From: Anaeramoeba ignava BMAN
Lineage: Eukaryota > Protista > Anaeramoebae
DNA length: 64,000 nucleotides
NCBI GenBank assembly: GCA_028826165.1
Contig: JAPDFW010000012.1
Span: 22,393 to 86,392 of the forward strand
Direction: 5' to 3'
Shown here: piece after piece, positions 1 to 11,900 of the stretch
Numbering within the stretch: the first letter of the stretch is position 1
Layout: every line of letters starts with the position of its first letter
Translations under genes and position numbers: made by a program
The notes under the pieces: model-generated
Databases searched by the model: none
What the model was told of the DNA's origin: nothing
What the model saw: only the letters and a program-made list of their open reading frames with translations

Positions 1-1966
1 GTCCTTCGGTTTGGGTTTAATGTCGCCACGTTTGCGCAAAAATGCAACTGCTCCTGCCATCCCTTTTCCTACAACAGGCTCTTCATTTATCCCTTCGGCG
101 CTTTCTTCTTTTATCTGTGCATCACTCCCTTCTGTTGTCCATGACTCTTTTGATGTTCTTGTTTTTTTATCTTGTTTATTCTCCCTTTTTTTTTTCTTTG
201 TTTCTTCTTCTTCTTTTGTTTTTTCTTTTCCATTTTCAATACTTTTTTCTGTTTCTCTTGACTTGTAGTTTTGTTTCTTCTTTCTTTCTCGCGAAGATTC
301 ATGTCTCGCTTTTTTTGTTTTCTGTTTGTTTTCTTCTTCTTCTTTTTCTTTTTCTTTTTCTTTTTCTTCTTTCTTTTTCTTTTTCTTTTTTTTCCGTTTT
401 TTTTTTAACATTAAAAATTGAAGATTGATCTTCACCTTCAGTTTGGTCATTAAATTCATGAGCAGCAATAAATTCAGTAATTTCTGTGAGAACAATACCA
501 TTATTTTTTTGTAAATCATCAGAATCATTTTCATTTTCATTTTGATTTTCATTTTGATTTTCATTTGAATTTTTCGATTTTTCAACATATTCTAAAATTT
601 TTTCTGTTCCTTTCACACTTTCTTTATTCTCAAGATTCCTTTTTGCTCGTGCTAATGAATTCGATACATCTTTCTGGTTCATTTCATCGAAAAACCAGAG
701 ACTCTGATTGCGTGCTCTTTCCAACGCAAGTTCAAAACGATTCAAAAATTTTGCATTTGATTTTAATTCTTTTTTTTCGTCTTTTTTTTCGCTTGGCAAT
801 CCATGATCATCAGAAGATTCTGGAACTTGAATATTATCAAGCTCATTGATAAGATCGTCAATTCCTTGCTTTTTGATGTTTGATTTATTCTTCAGTTTTT
901 TTTTTGTTTTTCTAAATTGGACTTTATTTTGGACAATTTGATTTTTATTCGTTTCCTCATTCAAATTTTGATTAGAAATCACTGATGGATTTTGAATTTT
1001 TAAATCATGATTTGAATTGAAAGAAAAATTCCGATTTGATTTTTCAATCGGAATATTCCCGTTATTCTGTATTTTCACAGTTGAATTTTTGCCATTCGGT
1101 TTTTCATCCTCGATTGAATATTGAGGAAGAAGAATTTTTTGTTGCTCATCATAAGGATCATAAGCAACTTTCTGGTTCCTTAGCTTCATATTCTTCAAGT
1201 CCCTTTCTCGTTGAAGAACTTCCTCACTTACAAGTTTGACATCACTGTTATTTAATTCGTTTCTATTTTTATCCAATATATTTGTATCTTGCAAAGTTAA
1301 AATTGTTTCTTCTTGATTAATAAGATTGTTTATTCCATGGCCAATCATCATTCCCTTTAAATCTTCATGCGAATAAACTTGATTTTTTTGCCTGTTCAAG
1401 TTTTCAATAGAAAAATTATAGCTGTCATAATTTTCATCTTGTTCTTCCAACAATTTTGCTTGCATTTCTGCCTTTCTTTTTTCCTCCTCAAGCCGCTCAA
1501 GTTCGAGCTCACGGTTCTTTTGCACCCATTTCAATGTCTCTTCCTCGTTTCTATTTTTTTTATGCACTCTAGATCTTTTTTCTAAATTTGAATGTTCTTC
1601 TTTTTTCCGTTTTTTTTTTTTCTCTTTAATTTGTTGGATTAACGGCTTGTCAAGTTCTAACTTGATAATTTTTTTTGGTTTTTTCTCTTTGTGTTTTTTC
1701 CTGTCTTTGTTTTCCTTTTTCTTATTTTTTTCTTGATTTTTTGATTGATTTGATTGTTGTTCTTTTTCATATTTTTCTTTTGCTTTTTTAAACTCTAAAA
1801 GATCAGCTTCTTTTTGTTCTTTTGCTTTCTTTTCTTCTTCTGTTAAAGTTTGTTGAGCATTTGGTTTTTGTTGTGTGGTTGATTTATTAAGTGGTTTGAG
1901 ACCTAATTTTCTTCTAAGTTCATCAGTTTCTTCAATTGATAAAGATTTTTTAAAGTCTGACGACAT
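1..1966 (-). CDS. SART1: U4/U6.U5 tri-snRNP protein SART1/Snu66, running off the left edge, with a probable sequencing frameshift in the poly-purine tract near 300-410
   Basis: N-terminal HIND motif SLSIEETDELRRKLGLKPL; ILTLQDTNIL and YDPYDE..ILLPQY segments. The minus strand at 1-100 reads EEPVVGKGMAGAVAFLRKRG, matching the conserved C-terminal SART1 block, in a different frame. Confidence 0.9.
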
Positions 1967-2025
1967 TTTTAAAAAAGAAAAAAAAATGAAAAAAATGAAA
2001 AATGAAAAATGAAAAAAAAATATTT

Positions 2026-3420
2026 ATAAATTTTTAAACATCAAAAAAAAAAGGAGAATTAGGATTAATTTAAAATTTCTTTTCCTTTCTTTTCTTTAAT
2101 TCTAATTCTCTTGCTAATTTATTCTTTTGTTTTTAAAAAAAATGAAAAAAATGGAAAAAAAATATTTTTTATTTATAATTTTTTATTTAAATTTTTAAAC
2201 ATCAAAAAAAAAAGGAGAATTAGGATTAATTTAAAATTTCTTTTCCTCTCTTTTCTTTAATTCTAATTCTCTTGCTAATTTATTCTTTTGTTTTTAAAAA
2301 AATGAAAAAAATGGAGAAAAAATATATTTTATTTATAATTTTTATTTAATTTTTTAAACATCAAAAAAAAAAGGAGAATTAGGATTAATTTAAAATTTCT
2401 TTTCCTTTCTTTTCTTTAATTCTAATTCTCTTGCTAATTTATTCTTTTGTTTTTAAAAAAAAATGAAAAAAATGGAAAAAATATTTATAAATTTTTAAAC
2501 ATCAAAAAAAAAAGGAGAACTAGAATTAATTTAAAATTTCTTTTCCTTTCTTTTCTTTAATTCTAATTCTCTTGCTAATTTACTCTTTTGTTTTTAAAAA
2601 AAAATGAAAAAAATGAGAAAAAATATTTTTTATTTATAATTTTTTATTTAAATTTTTAAACATCAAAAAAAAAAGGAGAATTAGGATTAATTTAAAATTT
2701 CTTTTCTTTTCTTTTCTTTAATTCTAATTCTCTTGCTAATTTACTCTTTTGTTTTTAAAAAAAAAGAAAAAAATGGAAAAAAAATATTTTTTATTTATAA
2801 TTTTTTATTTAAATTTTTAAACATCAAAAAAAAAAGGAGAATTAGGATTAATTTAAAATTTCTTTTCTTTTGATTTCTTTAATTCTAATTCTCTTGCTAA
2901 TTTATTCTTTTGTTTTTAAAAAAAAAGAAAAAAATGGAGAAAAAATATTTTTTATTTATAATTTTTTATTTAAATTTTTAAACATCAAAAAAAAAAGGAG
3001 AATTAGGATTAATTTAAAATTTCTTTTCCTCTCTTTTCTTTAATTCTAATTCTCTTGCTAATTTATTCTTTTGTTTTTAAAAAAAAATGAAAAAAATGGA
3101 GAAAAAATATATTTTATTTATAATTTTTTATTTAATTTTTTAAACATCAAAAAAAAAAGGAGAATTAGGATTAATTTAAAATTTCTTTTCTTTTCTTTTC
3201 TTTAATTCTAATTCTCTTGCTAATTTACTCTTTTGTTTTTAAAAAAAAAAGAAAAAAATGAGAAAAAATATATTTTATTTATAATTTTTTATTTAAATTT
3301 TTAAACATCAAAAAAAAAAGGAGAATTAGGATTAATTTAAAATTTCTTTTCTTTTCTTTTCTTTAATTCTAATTCTCTTGCTAATTTACTCTTTTGTTTT
3401 TAAAAAAAAAAGAAGAAAAT
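2026..3420. repeat. Tandem array, about 9 copies of a ~161 bp unit with an internal inverted repeat
   Basis: The anchor aaacatcaaaaaaaaaaggagaattaggattaa recurs at about 2036, 2197, 2356, 2497, 2658, 2819, 2980, 3142 and 3303. Confidence 0.95.
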
Positions 3421-3528
3421 GAAAAAAAACTAAAGTTGGTTTTATTCTTCTTTTTTTTTACAAATCTTTTCAAACAAAAAAAAACAATTTAAATCAAATA
3501 AAAATAAAAATAATCCAATAAATTGCAA

Positions 3529-4603
3529 TTAATCTTCTTTTTTTGAATTTGTTTTCTTTTTGGTTTTTCTTTTCTTTTTGTTTAATTGTTCCTAAAAAAA
3601 AAATAAAATAAAAAAATTTAAATAAAAAAATTTAAGATCGTTTTGATCAATAAAAAAATTTCTTAAAAATAAAGAAGATCAATAACCCCCTTTTATTTTT
3701 AATATAATATAATATAATATAATATAATATTGTTTTTTTACTTACTTTCAGTTTTTCATTTTCAATTCTAAGCTTTTCAACTTCTTTTAAGATCTTTTTT
3801 TGAGTTGTTTCTAATTTTCTAATTTTATGTTCATATTTTTCAAGTTTTCTTTTTGTTCTTTCTCTACTTTTTTTTGCACTTTGTCTGTTTTTAATCATTC
3901 TTCTTAATTTCTTTTGTTCAGGGGATAATAACTTGATTTGTTTTCTTGTCATTTTTCCTGAAAGATCAATTCCATTTATTTGGGGGATTTCTTTTGAATT
4001 TTTGGATTTCTTTACATTTTCATTTTGATTTTCAATTTGATTTTCATTTTGATTTTCAATTTCATTTCCAATTTGGTTTTCATTTTGATTTTCAATTTCA
4101 TTTCCAATTTGGTTTTCATTTCCAATTTCATTTCCAATTTGATTTTGATTTTCAATTTGATTTTCATTTAAATTTTGATTTTGATTTTGATTTTGATTTT
4201 GATTCAAATAATAATTTTCATGTTGAATTTGAATTTCATTCTGATTTTCATTTTGATCTCTTTGTTGTGTGATCACTAATTTATTTTCATTTTCATTTTC
4301 TTTCTTTAAATTTTCTTGTTGAATTGCCATAATTTCGTTAGGTTGAGGAACTATTTATTATTTTAAATTTATTTTTTTTCAAAAATTAATTTTAAATTAA
4401 AAAAGTTAAACAGATCAAAAAGTTATTTTTTTTTAAAAGATTTGTTGGAATGATCTTAATTTTTTTTTTGTTTTGGTTTTTTTTCAATCATTTGATTTTA
4501 ATATTATTAATAATATTTTACCTATAATTTCATCTGGTTCAAAATCTGAAAAACTATCTTTTGAAAGATCATATTCATCATCTGAAGAAGTAAAAGGATG
4601 CAT
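3529..4603 (-). CDS. bZIP transcription factor, 3 exons (about 4603-4522, 4350-3746, 3591-3529)
   Basis: Basic region KLRRMIKNRQSAKKSRERTK followed by a leucine zipper. GT-AG introns join the exons in frame (MHPFTSS... / ...EKLK|EQLNKK...ED*). Confidence 0.85.
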
Positions 4604-5310
4604 TTTAAACATTCAAAAAAAAAAATTAAATCAAACTAAAAGAAAAATTAAAAGAAAAATTAAAGAAAATCTACTAAAAAAATACGAATTATTAAAATAA
4701 TTCAATTAAGAAAAAAAAAAAGTAAAAGAAAAAAATGAATAAATTGTTGTTCTGTTTTTTTGTTTTAAAAAAAATTTTTCAACTATTAAAAAACCGAAAC
4801 AAAATAAAAAAATGAAAAGATCAAAAAAACAAAAAAAAAAAATATTTTCCAGTTGCGAATTTTTCTTTTTATAGTATTCCTAATATCTTAATACTTTTTT
4901 TCTTTTTCCATTTTCCGATTCCTTTCCATTTTAAAGTTTATTTTTATACGTTAGTCTTAGATTTTTTATTTATTTCAGATCAATTCCCCCAAAAATTAAA
5001 TTTAATTAAAACTATTAATTATTTTTTATTTTTGATTTAGTGAATTTTTTTTTCCACAAAAAAATCAACAAATTTGATTATTATTGAAATTGTTTTAGTT
5101 TTGGTTTGAATTTGAATAAATAGTTTTAATCATTTTTTGTGACTTTTGGATTATAATTTAACTTAATTTAATTTAAATTTTTTTTTTTTTTGCTTTCTTT
5201 TTTAATTTCCTTTTAAATTTTGGATTTAAATTTTGGATTTTTAATTTTCTTTTAATTTTATTGATCAATTTTTATTTGGATTGAAACAACCCCCAAAATA
5301 AAACTGATCT

Positions 5311-5596
5311 TAAAAAAAAAATTCATAAAAATTAAAATCAATTTTTAAATAAGAAATAAAAAATTTTTTTATTTTTGAAAAGTGGAATAATTCCTTTATT
5401 TCTTTTATTTATTTCCAATTTATTTTTAAATTTAATTTTTGAATAAATTTAAATCTTATTTTAATTAAAAAAAAATTCATAAAAATTAAAATCAATTTTT
5501 AAATAAGAAATAAAAAATTTTTTTATTTTTTAAAAATGGAATAATTCCTTTATTTCTTTTATTTATTTTCAATTTCTTTTTAAATTTAATTTTTGA
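5311..5596. repeat. Two-copy direct duplication, period about 156 bp
   Basis: The stretch aaaaattcataaaaattaaaatcaatttttaaataagaaat...ggaataattcctttatttc occurs at about 5316 and 5471. Confidence 0.85.
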
Positions 5597-5669
5597 TTGA
5601 AATTGTTTTTATTGATTTTGTTTTTAAAACTTTCCAAAAAGAAAAAATTTTTCAAAAAAAAAGGAACAT

Positions 5670-5935
5670 TAATTGAATTTGAAATTGAATTTGTATTGAA
5701 TTTAAAATGGAACATTATTTGGATTTGAATTTAAATTGAATTTGAATTGAATTGATTTGTAAATTGAAATTGAATTGAATTGATTTGTAAATTGAAATTT
5801 AAATTGAATTTGAATTGAATTTGAATTGAATTTGAATTTGAATTGAATTTGAATTGTAAATTGAAATTTAAAATGGAACATTATTTGAATTGAATTTGAA
5901 TTGAATTTGAATTGAATTGGAAATGGAAATGGAAA
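5670..5935. repeat. (TTGAA/TTTGAA)n microsatellite 3' of the RhoGEF gene
   Basis: Seen directly in the sequence. Confidence 0.85.
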
Positions 5936-5942
5936 TTATTGT

Positions 5943-8900
5943 TTAATCATTTTTTTCGTCATCATCAGTTGTTTCAACAATTTCTAAAATTTCATCACCA
6001 CTTCCAATTTCATCATCACTTCCAATTTGTTCAACTAATATTACTTCTCCATCATAATCACTTCCATCATCATCAACAATTTCAATGACATCTGAATTAG
6101 AATCATTTGATTTTTGATTTGATTTTTGATTTGATTTTTGATTTGATTTTTGATTTGATTTTTGATTTGATTTTTGATTTGATTTTTCATTTAATTTTTC
6201 ATTTAGTTTTTCATTTAATTTTTGAATTAATTTTTGATTTAATTTGTCTTCATCACTCTCAATTAAATTTTCATCATCAGTTGTTTCAATAATCTCTAAA
6301 ATTTCATCATCACTTCCAATTTCATCATCACTTCCAATTTGTTCAACTAATATTACTTCTCCATCATAATCACTTCCATCATCAGCAACAAGTTCATAAT
6401 AATCTTGATTTTCATAAAAGGATTCATTTTCATTAACATATGTAATTATTTCATCATTTTTTTGTTTCTTTTCTTCTAAAATTTTTTGTTTCTCTTTTTC
6501 AACTAAATTGTTTTCAACTTCTAAAGAAAAATTAAGTAAATTTATCCATTCCTTCATTTCAGAATAAGAATCACACTTAAATATATATGTTCTGTCGAAT
6601 GTTGTAATTTCAAATACATTTTCATTTGGAAATCTTTCACTTTTTTTGATTGATGCTAATTGAAGTGAAATGCTTTTTGTTGGTTTTGTTTCATTATTTT
6701 TTGAATAATAAAGATAATGATTTTCAAGTTTCGAATTTATTGAAGTCCATTGTTGAATTGCATCTCCTCTAAATCTATAAAGATTTCCTTGTTTTGTTGG
6801 AAAAGAAAATTTATCTTCATCTTTTAAATTGTTTGGTTCTATAAATTCCTTTTCATCAAATTTAATTTCTTTAATATTATCATCATCAGTATGAGTATAT
6901 GATTCAAAATCTGATGAATATGGACTAGATTTTGATTTTAGATTTAGATTTAGATTTTGATTTAGATTTTGATTTTGATTTAGATTTTGATTTTGATTTT
7001 GATTTTGATTTTGATTTTGATTTTGATTTTGATTTTGATTTTGATTTTGATTTTGATTTTGATTTTGATTTTGATTTTGATTTAGATTTAGATTTTGATT
7101 TAGATTTAGATTTAGATTTAGATTTAGATTTAGATTTAGATTTAGATTTTAAATCTTGTTTTAAATCTTGTTTTAAATCTTGTTTTAAATCTTGTTTTAA
7201 ATCATGTTTTAAATCTTGTTTTAAATCTTGTTTTAAATCTTGTTTTGTTTCTTGTTTTAAATCTTGCTTTAAATCTTGTTTTGTTTCTTGTTTTAAATCT
7301 TGTTTTAAATCTTGTTTTGTTTCTTGCTTTAAATCTTGTTTTAAATCTTGTTTTAAATCTTGTTTTAAATCTTGTTTTAAATCTTGTTTTAAATCTTGTT
7401 TTAAATCTTGTTTTAAATCTTGTTTTATTTCTTGTTTTAAATCTTGTTTTAAATCTTGTTTTAAATCTTGTTTTAAATCTTGTTTTAAATCTTGTTTTAA
7501 ATCTTGTTTTAAATCTTGTTTTAAATCTTGTTTTGTTTCTTGTTTTAAATCTTGTTTTAAATCTTGTTTTAAATCTTTGTTTTTTAAATCTTGTTTTTAA
7601 ATCTTGTTTTTAAATCTTGTTTTTAAATCTTGTTTTAAATCTTGTTTTAAATCTTGTTTTAAATCTTGTTTTAAATCTTGTTTTAAATCTTGTTTTAAAT
7701 CTTGTTTTAAATCTTGTTTTAAATCTTGTTTTAAATCTTGTTTTAAATCTTGTTTTAAATCTTGTTTTAAATCTTGTTTTAAATCTTGTTTTAAATCTTG
7801 TTTTAAATCTTGTTTTAAATCTTGTTTTAAATCTTGTTTTAAATCTTGTTTTAAATCTTGTTTTGTTTCTTGTTTTAAATCTTGTTTTAAATCTTGTTTT
7901 AAATCTTGTTTTAAATCTTGTTTTAAATCTTGTTTTAAATCTTGTTTTAAATCTTGTTTTAAATCTTGTTTTAAATCTTGTTTTAAATCTTGTTTTAAAT
8001 CTTGTTTTAAATCTTGTTTTAAATCTTGTTTTAAATCTTGTTTTAAATCTTGTTTTAAATCTTGTTTTAAATCTTGTTTTTAAATCTTGTTTTAAATCTT
8101 GTTTTAAATCTTGTTTTTAAATCTTGTTTTTAAATCTTGTTTTAAATCTTGTTTTAAATCTTGTTTTAAATCTTGTTTTAAATCTTGTTTTAAATCTTGT
8201 TTTTAAATCTTGTTTTTTTGTTTTAAATCTTGTTTTAAATCTTGTTTTAAATCTTGTTTTTAAATCTTGTTTTAAATCTTGTTTTAAATCTTGTTTTAAA
8301 TCTTGTTTTAAATCTTGTTTTAAATCTTGTTTTTAAATCTTGTTTTAAATCTTGTTTTTAAATCTTGTTTTTGTTTTAAATCTTGTTTTTTAAATCTTGT
8401 TTTAAATCTTGTTTTAAATCTTGTTTTGAATCTTGTTTTAAATCTTGTTTTAAATCTTGTTTTAAATCTTGTTTTAAATCTTGTTTTAAATCTTGTTTTA
8501 AATCTTGTTTTAAATCTTGTTTTAAATCTTGTTTTAAATCTTGTTTTAAATCTTGTTTTGAATCTTGTTTTAAATCTTGTTTTAAATCTTGTTTTAAATC
8601 TTGTTTTAAATCTTGTTTTGAATCTTGTTTTAAATCTTGTTTTAAATCTTGTTTTGAATCTTGTTTTGAATCTTGTTTTAAATCTTGTTTTAAATCTTGT
8701 TTTAAATCTTGTTTTAAATCTTGTTTTATTTCTTGTTTTATTTCTTGTTTTAAATCTTGTTTTAAATCTTGTTTTAAATCTTGTTTTAAATCTTGTTTTG
8801 AATCTTGTTTTAAATCTTGTTTTAAATCTTGTTTTAAATCTTGTTTTAAATCTTGTTTTAAATCTTGTTTTAAATCTTGTTTTAAATCTTGTTTTAAATC

Positions 8901-11900
8901 TTGTTTTATTTCTTGTTTTAAATCTTGTTTTAAATCTTGTTTTAAATCTTGTTTTAAATCTTGCTTTGTTTCTTGTTTGATTTCTTGTTTTGGTTGTTCA
9001 AAAATTGAAACCATTTGGCTAATTTTTTCTTCTTTTTGTTTTGGTTCTTGTTTTATTTCTTGTTTTATTTCTTGTTTTGGTTGTTCAAAAATTGAAACCA
9101 TTTGATTAATTTTTTCTTCTTTTTGTTTTGGTTCTTGTTTTATTTGTTTGATTTCTTGTTTTGGTTGTTCAAAAATTGAAACCATTTGATTAATTTTCTC
9201 TGTTTTTTGTTTTGGTGCTAGTTGAATTTTATCTTTATTTTGTTCTTCTTGTGATTGTTGAAAAATTGAAATGATTTTATTAAATTTTTCTTTTTCTTCT
9301 AATGACTCTTTTTTGATTTCTTTTTTTGGTTCTTCTTTTGGCTTTTCAAAAATTGAAATGATTTTATTAAATTTCTCTTTTTCTTCTTCTTTTAAATCTT
9401 GTTTTAAATCTTGTTTTATTTCTTGTTTTAAGTCTTGTTTTGAATCTTGTTTTAAATCTTGTTTTAAATCTTGTTTTAAATCTTGTTTTATTTCTTGTTT
9501 TAAATCTTGTTTTAAATCTTGTTTTAAATCTTGTTTTAAATCTTGTTTTAAATCTTGTTTTAAATCTTGTTTTAAATCTTGTTTTAAATCTTGTTTTATT
9601 TCTTGTTTTATTTCTTGTTTTAAATCTTGTTTTATTTCTTGTTTTATTTCTTGTTTTAAATCTTGTTTTGGTTCTTCAAAAATGGAAACAATTTTGTTAA
9701 TATTCTCTTTTTCTTGCTTTGGTGTTAACACGATTTGTTTATGTTTTGATTCTTGTTTTTGATCCTTTTCTTGTGTAACTTCTTTTTCTTTTTCGAAATT
9801 GACTGATCTAGATTTACGAGATGGTTTTTTCTCTTTTAAATCAATTAAAACTTCATTCCCAAATTTTACACTTCTTCTTGTTTCATTTTCATTTTCTTTT
9901 TCATGTTCTTTTTCATGTTCTTTTTCATGTTCTTTTTCTTTTTCTTTTTCACTTGATGAAGAACTTTCACTCGATTTTGATTTTGATTTCGATTTTGATT
10001 TTGATTTATTTTTTTTGGATTTTTTGGATTTTCTTCTTTGTTTTGATTTTTTGGATTTAATTTCCTTGTTTTCTTTCTTTGCAGAATCATTATTTTGAAC
10101 ATTCAATTTAGAATCATTTGAAACTAAATTATCTTCTGATTCATTTTCTTCATTTTCATCTTTTTTAAGTAATGATATTAAATTTTCTCTTATTTGATTT
10201 ATCCATTCAAGAGCTCCAAATAAATTTCCAGTTGATAAATAATAAATTCTTGTTGAAGTTTTGATTTGAAATCCATTAAAGTCAGGAATTAAACTTGAAT
10301 TGCAATCCAATAAATGTAAAATATTTTTTGGAGTTTCTTCCTTTTAAATAAATAAGAATAAATAAGAATTGAATTAAATTTATTTTGAATTAAATTTATT
10401 TTGAATTAAAATTATTTTGAATTAAATTTATTTTGAATTAAATTTATTTTGAATTAAAATTATTTTGAATTAAATTTATTTTGAAATAATTTTATTTTGA
10501 ATTAAATTTATTTTGAATTAAATTTATTTTGAATTAAATTTATTTTGAATTAAATTTATTTTGAATTAATTTTATTTTGAATTAAATTTATTTTGAATTA
10601 ATTTTATTTTGAATTAAATTTATTTTGAATTAAACTTATTTTGAATTAAACTTATTTTGAATTAAACTTATTTTGAATTAAATTTATTTTGAATTAAACT
10701 TATTTTGAATTAAATTTATTTTGAATTAATTTTATATTGAATTAAATTTATTTTGAATTAAAATTATTTTGAATTAAACTTATTTTGAATTAAATTTATT
10801 TTGAATTAAATTTATTTTGAATTAAATTTATTTTGAATTAAATTTATTTTGAATTAATTTTATTTTGAATTAAATTTATTTTGAATTAAATTTATTTTGA
10901 ATTAAATTTAATTTTATCAAGTTACAGATTCTGGATTAAATATATAAATTTTATCATTCAATAAAAACACGATCTTATCTTTTGTTTCTTGTGATTGAAT
11001 TGCTTTAAATTGAATTAACGAAGTTTGAAGTTGAAAATGTGTATTTTTTGAACGAATATCTTTAAGAGACATAAGTTCATGATCAGCAATTTGATTTCTT
11101 TTTTCTTTTGTTATAATTTCCTTTTTCAATCGTAAATTTTCAATAAAAGAAGAAATAGCATCATCAATAGCAACAATCCAAGACAATTTTTCTTTTGAAT
11201 TTGAAGCAGCCAATATAACTTGAATATTTTCCTTTTCGTTTGATAAAGAAAAAATCAAATCAGGAGGATTTTGTTGTTTCTTTTTGCTTTCACTGTGGTG
11301 TTCAGTCATTTCAAGAATTAAATTTTCATTCAAAAATATTTTTGTGAATCCATTCAAAGATATTTTAGACATAAAACGAAGTTTTGAGCCTGAAATTTTG
11401 GCAATGATTAAAAGATCGTTGAACATGAAGAGTTGAATATTGATTGCCTTTGAACGCTTGATTAATTGCAATTTGCCTTCGCGAACAAATCTTCTGCTTG
11501 GAGAAGCAATTTTTTCGATTCCTATTACTTTGTTTTGGATTAAAAGAACTTCATTCATATTTTCAGCTTCTCTTTTTTTCTCATTAACATAGAACGCAAC
11601 ATCCTTGATTTTCTTGAGAGCATCTGATAGATCCGAGTAATCGGGATGTGTTTGTATTGTGTTTTTGAGAAGATCCTCTAGAAGAAGAACATATCTTGGT
11701 ATGCGTTGAATTGGCATGATTAAAAAAGCTGTCAAATCAAGCATTTTTGTTTCTGGATTTTTTTTTGCCTTTTCAATAAAATTGTGGAAATCCTTTTTTT
11801 TGCTTAGCGAAACAATTGTTTCAAGTGCGTTATTGTAGTTGTTAATATATTCAGTGTAAACTTTTAAGAATGCTCCCATCATTCGAAATACATCGCCAAG

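Noticed and set aside
2026-3420. CRISPR-like array (palindromic repeat at regular spacing)
   Set aside because: The sequence between the palindromes is the same in every unit, so there are no unique spacers. The context is eukaryotic and no cas genes are present.
3440-3540. Transmembrane tail making the bZIP an ATF6/CREB3-like factor
   Set aside because: The hydrophobic reading is out of frame; the spliced frame stops at 3529.
6932-9762. Plus-strand ORFs of (FKSC)n, (LNLV)n and (DF)n
   Set aside because: These are antisense shadows of the stop-free KQDL/SK coding repeats of the RhoGEF.
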